DNA of 64,000 nucleotides. It comes from Escherichia phage 310Ecol104PP. The notes under the pieces were generated by a model. That model searched no databases. It was not told the origin of the DNA and worked only from the letters and a program-made list of their open reading frames with translations. Position numbers and translations under genes: made by a program. The stretch lies in sequence record OR062946.1; one strand, 5' to 3'. Positions 10,825 to 19,544 of the stretch are shown piece by piece; the first letter of the stretch is position 1; each line of letters opens with the position of its first letter.

Positions 10825-12921
10825 TTATCCTTGAACGAACTTGTAAGGCATGTTTGTAATATCTATGCAAGACGCAATAATTCCAAGAGATGATTCTACT
10901 TTCTGTTTAATATTTGATGAAACAAATGATGCAAAGTCAACTCTGTCTTCTATTTCAATATCACCTGTCATTGCAACTACTTCGCCGGTTTCCATTAAAT
11001 GGTCTCCGTCATAGATTACCGATTCAGTGAGTTCTTCTGTGGTCATAACTTCAGCTTGAATGAGTTTTGTATTATTAGACGTGGTTCCGTCATTATTAGA
11101 AGCATCAGTTATTTTATTAACTTTAACCATCAATCCGCGCGGTAGAATAACTTCAGCTTCTGTTGCTATTCCGAGACTTCCTGGATATACAACATTAACT
11201 TTATGAGCTCCATCAATTGCCCATCCTATTTGAACTTTAACGTATTCAGGATTTTCTTTATACGCTCTTATTTCGTTTGGATTAATAGTTATTCCTTCTT
11301 CATTTTTATCAACCGTTAATTCGTTACGAGCTTCTGGTTCTAAAAGACCAATACCAGCATGTGTAATTCCAAAACGCCCAAAAATGATAGGAGTTAAAGA
11401 AGTAGATACAAAATTTCTGAAATAGAACACTTTATTTTTAACTAGTGCTTCGTATATAGGAGCAGTCATACTTTGAGCACGATAAACTGTGATGCCTTCC
11501 GGTATGCGGTCACCATTTTCAAAAGCTGAATCTAAGTTATTTATAGCAGATTCAATTTCTTTTTCACTCATTACATCATATCGTTCTGGATTGTAACGAC
11601 CTAAAAGAAGATTATTAATGTCAGTATATCCTGAACCACAATACTCTCTAATGCCGCGCTTTTGTGATGGAGTATATTTAGAACCATCACGGGCAATAGT
11701 AATATCAATCATTGGACCTGCACCAATTCCAGAAAAACTATAAATCATTCTTTTGAGGAATTTAGTTTTTGCTGCGTTCCAGGAATTTTTAGTCATTTCT
11801 TCCCAGACTTCATCTGGCTGCCCTTTACGAGTTTTATTATGTTTATCAAGCCAATTATCTTTATATTCTTCAAAGAGTTGATTAACAGCTGCTGCGTATT
11901 TCTCTAAACATTTTATTGAAGTAGTTGGTTCATTTTTAATCGCATTAAGAATTACATCTTTAATTTTTTCAGAAACTTCATTAACCTCACTTTTTGAAAA
12001 GAATTTATAGTCATAATGAAGTTCATTCGCAGTTCCTTCGGCAATAATTTTTGCTGCCTTAGTTTTAGAAGCTAATGAATTAATTCCAAGCTTCATTTCT
12101 TCTGCTTCGGGAATTAAAGGAGCGGTAGCAGGTTTATTGAAATTAGCTGCGGTAGATTCATACTTCTGGAATAATTCACTTTCAAATCTAGAAGATTCCA
12201 ATGATTGACTTTGCGCAATTGCTCTACGGGAAATTTTAACTTTAACGATTACAGCTTGGTCAGAACGTTTATCATTTTCTTGTGCAATAGATGCTGCAAT
12301 TGCCTCATTTTTAGTTACTTGAGCTCCAGTATCTTTATTGATATAAACATCGCCGACTTTCGATTCAACTTTAGTAAAGAGCTCGGTACTAATTTCCGGA
12401 ACTCCTGGAATGTCTTCTAGTGATACATTTTTGCGATGTATAAGAATATATGCATACTTTTTATCATAATCCCAGAGTTCCTTAAGAAGGACGTATCTGC
12501 CACCTGAACGACTACGGATAAGTCTATCAGCAATAACTTGAATTTGTCGAGCTTGACCAGCGGTTTTAGACTTAAGAATACGAAGCATACAAGCATCAAT
12601 TTTATACTGACGCATTGTTTGCATTGCAACAGTAAAAACTGAATTGATATAATTAATTGGGCTTGGACCGAGACCTTTTAATTTAGCAATTGAACCTTTG
12701 GCAGTTAATGTAAAAGGAACAATATGCATCATTTTATCGCCCATCTTTAAATCGCGATTAGTATCACCTCCAGATGTATAGGTGCATAAACGAAAGCCTG
12801 GTTGTTCAATTGCATCATCAACACGAACTGAAAAAATTTGCGGTATTTTCTTCTTTGGATTTAAGTTTGTAATCGGAAGAGTAGTATCTTCGTCAAATAA
12901 TTCTGTAATAAGTTCCATCAT
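10825..12921 (-). CDS. alt: Alt ADP-ribosyltransferase, packaged into the head
   Basis: 698-aa ORF; N-terminal MELITELFDED capsid-targeting-like sequence; motifs VYRAQ, FVSTSL, EAEVILP; sits between 54 and 30. Confidence 0.9.
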   Translation of the reverse strand: MMELITELFDEDTTLPITNLNPKKKIPQIFSVRVDDAIEQPGFRLCTYTSGGDTNRDLKMGDKMMHIVPFTLTAKGSIAKLKGLGPSPINYINSVFTVAMQTMRQYKIDACMLRILKSKTAGQARQIQVIADRLIRSRSGGRYVLLKELWDYDKKYAYILIHRKNVSLEDIPGVPEISTELFTKVESKVGDVYINKDTGAQVTKNEAIAASIAQENDKRSDQAVIVKVKISRRAIAQSQSLESSRFESELFQKYESTAANFNKPATAPLIPEAEEMKLGINSLASKTKAAKIIAEGTANELHYDYKFFSKSEVNEVSEKIKDVILNAIKNEPTTSIKCLEKYAAAVNQLFEEYKDNWLDKHNKTRKGQPDEVWEEMTKNSWNAAKTKFLKRMIYSFSGIGAGPMIDITIARDGSKYTPSQKRGIREYCGSGYTDINNLLLGRYNPERYDVMSEKEIESAINNLDSAFENGDRIPEGITVYRAQSMTAPIYEALVKNKVFYFRNFVSTSLTPIIFGRFGITHAGIGLLEPEARNELTVDKNEEGITINPNEIRAYKENPEYVKVQIGWAIDGAHKVNVVYPGSLGIATEAEVILPRGLMVKVNKITDASNNDGTTSNNTKLIQAEVMTTEELTESVIYDGDHLMETGEVVAMTGDIEIEDRVDFASFVSSNIKQKVESSLGIIASCIDITNMPYKFVQG

Positions 12922-12942
12922 AGCCTCTCTAGTGTTTATTCT

Positions 12943-12950
12943 ATTTATAA
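12943..12950 (-). promoter_or_regulatory. late promoter upstream of alt
   Basis: TATAAATA on minus strand about 25 nt upstream of the alt ATG. Confidence 0.5.
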
Positions 12951-12954
12951 AATT

Positions 12955-12972
12955 AAAGGCCCGAAGGCCTTT
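12955..12972. terminator. stable hairpin (C(UUCG)G type on the minus transcript) after the ligase operon
   Basis: AAAGGCC-cgaa-GGCCTTT perfect inverted repeat. Confidence 0.5.
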
Positions 12973-13159
12973 AATAATCTATTGGTAAGAGAGTACGATA
13001 TATTTCAAACTTTGGACCTTTTTCATAAGCATCAAAAGTTTCTGTGAATTTATTATAAGCATATGCATCTATAAATTCAATCATGATTTGTGATACAGAA
13101 GTAGAAACATCTCCACCTTCTTTTTGAGCCACGACAATTGTTTCTAAGTAAGCTTTCAT
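12971..13159 (-). CDS. hypothetical 62-aa protein between ligase and alt
   Basis: ORF with ATGA-type overlap with the gene 30 stop. Confidence 0.4.
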   Translation of the reverse strand: MKAYLETIVVAQKEGGDVSTSVSQIMIEFIDAYAYNKFTETFDAYEKGPKFEIYRTLLPIDY

Positions 13160-14619
13160 AGACCAGTTACCTCATGAAAATCACCAAATACATCTTCGAA
13201 TGTATTAGCTTTAGTTTTATCTTCACGTAAACGAATCGCAATCGGAAGAAATAATTTAACGTAATCAGTGCGGCCATCGGATTTTAACCAACCGTTGCAT
13301 TCGCACTCTAGAATTTTTCCAATATAATAATTTTGGTTTTCCATAATGCGAGTACGGTCAAGTTCATGTGATTTTACACCGGCTTTATCTTTTAAGCCTG
13401 AACCAGCATTTACTTTAATTTTTCCACACTCTGATTCAAGAATAAATCCACCTGCTTTAGTAGGGTCTTTACGGTGAGGATAAATTCCTACAATTTTTAA
13501 ATCAACATCAATTACTTCTTTAAATTTATAGAGATTTTTTGAACGAGCATTTTCCCACAATCCATCGGTATTTTTGAGAATAATACCTTCAAGACCTTGG
13601 TCAATATACTTTTTATAAATTACCTTAGCTTCATCTAGGTTATTTACTACCTGGTTTTCAATTAAAATTACTTTATCATATCCTGATGTCATTTGTTCTA
13701 GTTTAGAAAAACGTACATCATATTTTAAACGAAATGCTGGAAGACCGTATATTTCTACCAACGGAACATAATCCCAGACCTGAAACTTCATGCATTGAGC
13801 TTCTTTTTCTGAAATAGTTCCCTTTAAAGATTTATTAGCGATTCCATTAGAAGTAGTACGTGATTCAGCTACTTCAGCAAACTCTTTAGCTTTACTAATT
13901 TCAGGATAAGCATCAAAAAGAAAATCTAGGCCTTCTGGCTCCTTTTTAACTTGCTCATGGTATACCAATTCGCCATCAATTAACACACCTTCTGGATGAA
14001 TCTGGCGGGCTTCAGCGGTCATTTTGATTAACTCTTCCTTAAGAAGATCTAATCCTAGATATTCATTACCAGCTCGTGATAAAAGACGGACATCATCTAA
14101 TTCATCACCTCTAACTTCAGCAAAACACCGAGCTCCATCTGCTTTTAATTGTGCAAAGGCTGGAAATTTGATATTCTTACTAATGCCTTTTTCATCATAA
14201 GAACTTGCGAGCATTTGAGGTTGTTCAGGAATTAAACCTGGCCAAACTTTGTTCGCAATAGATACTGAAGCGCCACATTCAAGATCTCGCATCATCACTC
14301 GACGCAAAACTTCAACATCATCTTTTTTACCATCGGTGATGTATCCAGTTAATTCCTCAATTGCAGCATTTCCAGTCAATTTCCGAGTAGCTAACGTGAA
14401 TTCAATGAAGTCAAGCATATCGGTAATAGTCAGCATTCCAAAACTCTGGGTAGCAATACCAGGTTTAGGCCATTTCTTTATATAATACTGTAACCCACGA
14501 GAATAAGTCAGACGATATACTCGTTTAAGCAATTCATTATCTTTATTCTTTTCAAGAATTGCTTGCTTCTGCTTAGTTGAACCAATAGATGCTATTTCGT
14601 TCAGAATTTTAAGAATCAT
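13156..14619 (-). CDS. 30: ATP-dependent DNA ligase gp30
   Basis: 487-aa ORF with KADGAR adenylation motif; length equals T4 DNA ligase. Confidence 0.95.
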   Translation of the reverse strand: MILKILNEIASIGSTKQKQAILEKNKDNELLKRVYRLTYSRGLQYYIKKWPKPGIATQSFGMLTITDMLDFIEFTLATRKLTGNAAIEELTGYITDGKKDDVEVLRRVMMRDLECGASVSIANKVWPGLIPEQPQMLASSYDEKGISKNIKFPAFAQLKADGARCFAEVRGDELDDVRLLSRAGNEYLGLDLLKEELIKMTAEARQIHPEGVLIDGELVYHEQVKKEPEGLDFLFDAYPEISKAKEFAEVAESRTTSNGIANKSLKGTISEKEAQCMKFQVWDYVPLVEIYGLPAFRLKYDVRFSKLEQMTSGYDKVILIENQVVNNLDEAKVIYKKYIDQGLEGIILKNTDGLWENARSKNLYKFKEVIDVDLKIVGIYPHRKDPTKAGGFILESECGKIKVNAGSGLKDKAGVKSHELDRTRIMENQNYYIGKILECECNGWLKSDGRTDYVKLFLPIAIRLREDKTKANTFEDVFGDFHEVTGL

Positions 14620-14885
14620 TGTTCATCCTTTAGAGTTTGGTTTACAGCTCTATTATAAATCAATTCATCATTAAGCTCAGTCAAAGACCTATGGTACGTG
14701 GTTCTAACTTTATTTCCTTGCATCCAGTGTTTGACGTAAATGAAACCTTGCTCTACACATTTTTTAAAAATTCGTTCGTCTTTTTGAGCTCGGAATTCTG
14801 GATTGCATCTAAAAAATTGATTTACGTGACCGTAATCACGTGTAGTATTACCTTCATTTTCATAAATAGTGTGAACGACAAACAT
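14616..14885 (-). CDS. hypothetical 89-aa protein (30.1 position)
   Basis: ORF overlapping the ligase start by 4 nt. Confidence 0.5.
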   Translation of the reverse strand: MFVVHTIYENEGNTTRDYGHVNQFFRCNPEFRAQKDERIFKKCVEQGFIYVKHWMQGNKVRTTYHRSLTELNDELIYNRAVNQTLKDEQ

Positions 14886-15748
14886 TAGAATGCTCCTTGG
14901 AAAATATTATCACCACTAGTAAATCTATTAAAATACCCTGCATCACCAGGCTTAGTATAACTCCACGTATGGAATGGATTCATATGATACGGGTGTGTAT
15001 AATATGGATTATATGGATGTGTATAATATGGATTATACGGATTAAATCCAGGAGTTCTCCAGGTAGTGTTCCAACGAAAAGAATCGTTTTTAACCATCTT
15101 CTCAATTACATCTTTTATAGCTTTTTCACTATCAAAACTTTCTTTATTTTCCTTCGGTGAAAAAAGCTTATTTTCTACATCATTCCATGTATAAACTCGC
15201 TGAGCGGTTTTTGGAATATTGTCACGCTCTCCTCGCGCCATCCAATAAACAGGAACATTTAATATTTCACTCGCATGATCGCAGTGGTGAGCGAGATCGT
15301 CAATATAACAAATTACGTTATATTTCTCTTTTGCCTTTTTGAACAACTCTTCTTTTGAAGAATCATGACCACACATCATTACTTCTGAGAAGGCACCAGG
15401 AAAAAGAGCATTCAAATTAAATTGACGATTCAACAGAGCGTCAATAGAATCACCCAACGCTGTAACAGCTACAAAATTATAATCTTCTTTTAATTTGTTA
15501 ATTACGCACAGGGCGTCTTTATATGGAGACAAATAACGAATAAAATCTGAACGATTGTATTTTTCAATTAACTTGACGCCAAGTTCTTCATCACAATTAA
15601 AGAGTTTACCCGGAGAAATAAATTTCTCATCTTGAATCATTTTTAAAATATGTTCTAACGGAAGATTATATTTCTGAGCAAAATAAGGAAGGCCTGATTG
15701 CCAGCTTAAACATACTCCATCAATATCAGTTAAAATAGTAGGCTTCAT
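14885..15748 (-). CDS. HAD-superfamily phosphatase-like protein with Tyr/Pro-rich C-terminal tail (30.2 position)
   Basis: N-terminal DIDGV motif typical of HAD hydrolases; tail NPYNPYYTHPYNPYYTHPY. Confidence 0.65.
   Translation of the reverse strand: MKPTILTDIDGVCLSWQSGLPYFAQKYNLPLEHILKMIQDEKFISPGKLFNCDEELGVKLIEKYNRSDFIRYLSPYKDALCVINKLKEDYNFVAVTALGDSIDALLNRQFNLNALFPGAFSEVMMCGHDSSKEELFKKAKEKYNVICYIDDLAHHCDHASEILNVPVYWMARGERDNIPKTAQRVYTWNDVENKLFSPKENKESFDSEKAIKDVIEKMVKNDSFRWNTTWRTPGFNPYNPYYTHPYNPYYTHPYHMNPFHTWSYTKPGDAGYFNRFTSGDNIFQGAF
14994..15037. repeat. 24-bp tandem duplication inside the 30.2 coding region
   Basis: tgtgtataatatggattata occurs twice with a 4-nt spacer, encoding the repeated peptide. 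Confidence 0.7.
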
Positions 15749-16209
15749 AGAGAGTCTCTTAATAGATTTAACACATCAATAAATTCAGCTTCGGTTAGTA
15801 TTGTATCATCTTTTGTTAGACCACTAGCCATGCTGTGCTTCAAAACTTTTCCTTTCGAGGCTTGTAATGCATCGCGAAAGCCCTTGTTTTGGAACGCTGC
15901 TTCAAAATATGCATTTGTGTATAATTCTTTCCATGCTTCGGAATATCTTGAAAACGGAGTTCCAAGCCAGAACAACGTGCCACGGTCCTGAGCTCTAGCA
16001 TAAGCTCGTCCAGCTTGTTGGGCGGCAAGCCCGGATAACCCAAATATACGACGCTGTTGTTCAACATTTTTCACCTTGCATCCTTGGAGGAATCCTTCGA
16101 GACCTCCAAATTGAATACCATCCATAACGAAAGGCCATTGGGCGAAATTACTTAATGCGCATGATGGCCATCTAAAATTGCTTCTTATCTCTAGCTCAGA
16201 CATTTTCAA
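15745..16209 (-). CDS. NADAR/YbiA-like protein (30.3 position)
   Basis: 154-aa ORF with ALSNFAQWPF motif recalled from NADAR (DUF1768) proteins; assignment from motif memory only. Confidence 0.5.
   Translation of the reverse strand: MKMSELEIRSNFRWPSCALSNFAQWPFVMDGIQFGGLEGFLQGCKVKNVEQQRRIFGLSGLAAQQAGRAYARAQDRGTLFWLGTPFSRYSEAWKELYTNAYFEAAFQNKGFRDALQASKGKVLKHSMASGLTKDDTILTEAEFIDVLNLLRDSL
15840..16067 (-). CDS. embedded alternative-frame ORF within 30.3 (30.3'-like)
   Basis: 75-aa same-strand ORF in a different frame; T4 is remembered to annotate a similar embedded gene. Confidence 0.25.
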   Translation of the reverse strand: MLNNSVVYLGYPGLPPNKLDELMLELRTVARCSGLELRFQDIPKHGKNYTQMHILKQRSKTRAFAMHYKPRKEKF

Positions 16210-16402
16210 TACTTATAATTTCAACATCAGCCCAATGACCATAGCAAGGAAGACGAAATTCAACTGGCCAGTTAGGGTCCTTTTCTAATATAATAGACTG
16301 AACTTGTGGCTCTTCATATTCATCGGTATACGGACCTTTATACGTTACTTTATATGTGACCTTAATGTACTGAATTCCAAAAATCTTATTAATTATATTC
16401 AT
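16196..16402 (-). CDS. hypothetical 68-aa protein (30.4 position)
   Basis: ORF in a tightly packed same-strand train. Confidence 0.5.
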   Translation of the reverse strand: MNIINKIFGIQYIKVTYKVTYKGPYTDEYEEPQVQSIILEKDPNWPVEFRLPCYGHWADVEIISIENV

Positions 16403-16596
16403 ACTAATTCCTTTAATCCGTAAATAGGAGATAATTCATCACCCATACGAAGGTCTTCATTTCCATCTACCCAGGAAACAATATAAGCCTCTTTTATTTG
16501 AATACCACTCCATTTAAATGGAGGTAGAACCTTAGAAATTAATCCAGGTATACCAACTCCCTTTAATTCAACAGTTTGACCTAAAAAGAATTTCAT
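16399..16596 (-). CDS. hypothetical 65-aa protein (30.5 position)
   Basis: ORF with ATGA overlaps to both neighbours. Confidence 0.5.
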   Translation of the reverse strand: MKFFLGQTVELKGVGIPGLISKVLPPFKWSGIQIKEAYIVSWVDGNEDLRMGDELSPIYGLKELV

Positions 16597-16883
16597 TAGA
16601 ACCTCATCTGAAAACCATGCGATTTAACATTACCGCCGCCAATATCAGAAATGTTAATTTCACGCGCAATTGAAGGGTCAATGTCAATTTCACGATTAAG
16701 TTTAGTGATAGCTAAAGTATCGCGGCCATTTACAGTACGGAACTCTAAAGGGCAGACTATATTAACATAGTTTTTAATCGATTCACTAGTAGGCTGCAAA
16801 TGAGCAGGAAGGTCTTTAGGTGCCTTAGAGAAAACCACTTCACAGAAATTTTTGCGGGTATCAAAATAAGTAGTCATAAACAT
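16596..16883 (-). CDS. hypothetical 95-aa protein (30.6 position)
   Basis: ORF in same-strand train. Confidence 0.5.
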   Translation of the reverse strand: MFMTTYFDTRKNFCEVVFSKAPKDLPAHLQPTSESIKNYVNIVCPLEFRTVNGRDTLAITKLNREIDIDPSIAREINISDIGGGNVKSHGFQMRF

Positions 16884-16899
16884 AGTATTTACCTCAGTA

Positions 16900-16915
16900 A
16901 GGGGCCGAAGCCCCT
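16900..16915. terminator. C(UUCG)G-type hairpin between 30.7 and 30.6
   Basis: aGGGGC-cgaa-GCCCCt inverted repeat. Confidence 0.45.
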
Positions 16916-16924
16916 CATTTTATT

Positions 16925-17290
16925 TTAAATATCAAATTCGTTAAGAACTACATCAAAGATTGCTTCAAGATGCTCAGGTTTAGCTCTGTTACTCAGAATA
17001 TGACGAATCCAAGTTTTAACCAGAAGCTTGCGATTAACGCCATTCCAGCAAGGATGAGTCCCTAAATCGCGTTGACGAAAATCATCATCCAATGCGATTT
17101 TAAAAGAAGAACCTTCTTTCGTGATTGAAACCGTGATGCCATTTTCAAATCGCATATAAACGTAGTTAGGAGTCATATACTGTTCAATTTCGCATACTGA
17201 TCCATTTTGATGTTTCCAAAGGCAGATAGTATCAATAGAACCTGCAATACCGTTAGAAACATATTTACGTTCAAAGTTGATGTAATTCAT
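16925..17290 (-). CDS. hypothetical 121-aa protein (30.7 position)
   Basis: ORF preceded by an early-type promoter. Confidence 0.55.
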   Translation of the reverse strand: MNYINFERKYVSNGIAGSIDTICLWKHQNGSVCEIEQYMTPNYVYMRFENGITVSITKEGSSFKIALDDDFRQRDLGTHPCWNGVNRKLLVKTWIRHILSNRAKPEHLEAIFDVVLNEFDI

Positions 17291-17327
17291 TTTTATTCTC
17301 CGAGATGTTTAATTGCGGTACAGGTAT

Positions 17328-17356
17328 ATAATATCATATCCTGTACCAAAGTAAAC
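17328..17356 (-). promoter_or_regulatory. early-type promoter upstream of 30.7
   Basis: GTTTAC, 17 nt, TATTAT on minus strand; overlaps palindrome ggtacagg...cctgtacc. Confidence 0.45.
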
Positions 17357-17360
17357 TATT

Positions 17361-17729
17361 TTATGCAACTTTAATCCAATTATCTAAATTTAATTCACCT
17401 TTGGCTTTCATTTTTTCAATCAAGAGGTCAGCGGTAATACGACCATTTTGATACCACGTAACATCTTCAGAGTAACCAGTTTCTTTATCTTCATAAGTCT
17501 CACAGCGAATTTTACCAAGAATCAAAGTTTTTAATTCGTATGTATCTCCAGTAAAAAAGTTAGTTAACATTATTTTCCAAGAGAAATCATCAGAAGGACC
17601 TTCAGGAGTCATGCAACCTACAAATTCAAATTGTTCTTTGTATAAGTGCCACTGAAGTTCTTTAGTTTCGATAGCTTTATAGCCGTCGTGGTCTTTACCT
17701 TTGATGTATGAGTTAAGATTGATTTTCAT
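17361..17729 (-). CDS. hypothetical 122-aa protein (30.8 position)
   Basis: ORF with AGGAG Shine-Dalgarno. Confidence 0.55.
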   Translation of the reverse strand: MKINLNSYIKGKDHDGYKAIETKELQWHLYKEQFEFVGCMTPEGPSDDFSWKIMLTNFFTGDTYELKTLILGKIRCETYEDKETGYSEDVTWYQNGRITADLLIEKMKAKGELNLDNWIKVA

Positions 17730-17756
17730 TTTATTCTCCTTTGTTTGTGTAAGATA

Positions 17757-17786
17757 ATACTATCACAAAGGAGCCATACTGTAAAC
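17757..17786 (-). promoter_or_regulatory. early-type promoter upstream of 30.8
   Basis: GTTTAC, 17-18 nt, TAGTAT-like -10 on minus strand. Confidence 0.4.
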
Positions 17787-17814
17787 AACTTTGTGCAATC
17801 TTTGGAAAATAAAA

Positions 17815-17836
17815 AAGGACTCCCGAAGGAGTCCTT
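17815..17836 (-). terminator. intrinsic terminator after 30.9
   Basis: 9-bp stem AAGGACTCC-cgaa-GGAGTCCTT followed on the minus transcript by a U-run. Confidence 0.6.
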
Positions 17837-17839
17837 AAC

Positions 17840-18016
17840 TTATGCTTTCTGCTTACCAAAACGAGAAGCATCATCTCGAAGAACCGCACGTGCTCGGCGC
17901 ATGATCTTCTCAACAGTTTGATTGATACGAGAGTTCGACCCACGCTTGTAACCAGCGCGTTTAGAATCACCAACTTTCTTTTCAACTGCTTTCTTTGCTT
18001 TAGCTTGTTTTGCCAT
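17840..18016 (-). CDS. small basic protein (30.9 position), start taken at MAKQAK
   Basis: Lys/Arg-rich ORF; ORF-track start 14 codons upstream lacks a ribosome-binding site. Confidence 0.45.
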   Translation of the reverse strand: MAKQAKAKKAVEKKVGDSKRAGYKRGSNSRINQTVEKIMRRARAVLRDDASRFGKQKA

Positions 18017-18210
18017 TATAAATTCTCTTTTAAATGAAAATGCAGGACTTATTGGCATTGCCTGCGCAAGCCCTCAAGGGGTACTTAGGTTTTAAATATT
18101 TACCGACAGGATAACCATAAACCTCGTCAACATTCAAGAGGTACACCGTAAAACAAAGTTCGACGGCTCCTCGATTTTAGCTCACACTAAGGCAGTGACT
18201 CTCCAATAAA

Positions 18211-18459
18211 TTACTTCAGTGTTACCACAAAGTGACGAACTGCTTTTCGTGCGGCAGAAGCCAGAGGCTTAGCATACTTAAGTTCATCTTTTTCCTGGAG
18301 CTCAGCGGCTAATGCAGTTTGAGCAGGATTCAGATGTTTGAAATAACGCAGGATTTCAAGAGCTTCGGCTTCAACATCAATAGATGCGCCATAGTTTTCG
18401 TGACCATTATTCCATGCGTTTCGTTGCAGTTCAAGAGCGTATTGTAATTGTTTAATCAT
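18211..18459 (-). CDS. rIII: lysis-inhibition accessory protein rIII
   Basis: 82-aa ORF, size and position between 30.x and gene 31 as in T4. Confidence 0.85.
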   Translation of the reverse strand: MIKQLQYALELQRNAWNNGHENYGASIDVEAEALEILRYFKHLNPAQTALAAELQEKDELKYAKPLASAARKAVRHFVVTLK

Positions 18460-18606
18460 TTAAAAATTCTCGTTAGAGATTAAAACTCGGTAGTCACGTT
18501 CTTCTGAATTTCATCTTCTTTCGACAGATCTCTCAGTTGTAGACTACCACGTAGAATTGTTCGGTTAACTTATTATTCCGACACCCAATTCATATTATTA
18601 TTTATA

Positions 18607-18942
18607 TCACTTATAAAGACACGGAATAGCTTTATAGTGACAAGTAACGAATTTTTGTTTAATTTCTTTTGGCTGCTTAAGACCCAGAGCTACAAAAGGA
18701 TGCGGAACGTTTCGAATTTGACCAACTGGAAGAGAAGTCAAATCACCAACTTCGCAGAAACCTTCAGGAACATCAGGACCAACAGAGTGAACTACACACA
18801 GTTCAGGAACTTCACCTTGGACACGTTTACCGATAATAAGTCCTGATTCTGTAACTTCTTCATCGCCGGCTTGTGCAGGTTCAGAAACTAAAATAACATA
18901 TTCACCGACAGCACGAATTGGTAGCTGTTGTACTTCAGACAT
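18607..18942 (-). CDS. 31: co-chaperonin gp31 (GroES analogue for capsid folding)
   Basis: 111-aa ORF, length and position match T4 gp31. Confidence 0.9.
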
Positions 18943-18972
18943 CGTTTTTCCTTTTTGTTAACAGATGAATTA

Positions 18973-19000
18973 ATAATAACAAATAATTCTTAAAGCATTT
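18973..19000 (-). promoter_or_regulatory. MotA-dependent middle promoter upstream of gene 31
   Basis: aaaTGCTTTA, 12 nt, TATTAT on the minus strand. Confidence 0.5.
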
Positions 19001-19307
19001 ATTTACCAATAAATTGAAGCAAATGCTCAACTTTCATACCATTAACGGAAATCAATTTGTCAATAGAAAAACCTCGCCATGCACCTAGTTCAACATCAAA
19101 TACTGGAATCATATCAGTAGATTCTTTCCGAGTAGATTCAGTCAATTTACCGGTTTGCATAGTTGGCATAAAGTCAGCATCACGAGTGCCTTTCATAGTA
19201 CGAATAGTACCATCAGACTTTTCAAAAACCACGTTTGAAATACCCATGGACAATTTAGTTTTCAAAATTTCACGAATTGCTACTTTCTGTTCAGTTGTCA
19301 ATTTCAT
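18999..19307 (-). CDS. hypothetical 102-aa protein (31.1 position)
   Basis: ORF in same-strand train. Confidence 0.5.
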   Translation of the reverse strand: MKLTTEQKVAIREILKTKLSMGISNVVFEKSDGTIRTMKGTRDADFMPTMQTGKLTESTRKESTDMIPVFDVELGAWRGFSIDKLISVNGMKVEHLLQFIGK

Positions 19308-19544
19308 TTATTTACCTATTACAGTTTTAATATGGGTTGTTCCACGTTCTTTAAGAGTGGAAAGCAATTTTTGGCATTTTTCTAGATCAGATTTCCAACT
19401 ATACGGTTTATCAATACAAACCCATTCTGACTTATAATACTGCTTCCATTTAGAGAAAAAATACTTCTTATACTCTACAGCAAATGAAATGTTCTCGTTA
19501 GAATAAGAACTAATTGCTGTGAGCTGTACCAAACGAAATTTCAT
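19308..19544 (-). CDS. hypothetical 78-aa protein (31.2 position)
   Basis: ORF abutting cd. Confidence 0.5.
   Translation of the reverse strand: MKFRLVQLTAISSYSNENISFAVEYKKYFFSKWKQYYKSEWVCIDKPYSWKSDLEKCQKLLSTLKERGTTHIKTVIGK

Noticed and set aside
8764-12921. Possibility that the two Alt-like ORFs are an assembly duplication
   Set aside because: The two copies differ at many positions throughout and diverge strongly in the C-terminal half, so they are genuine paralogs
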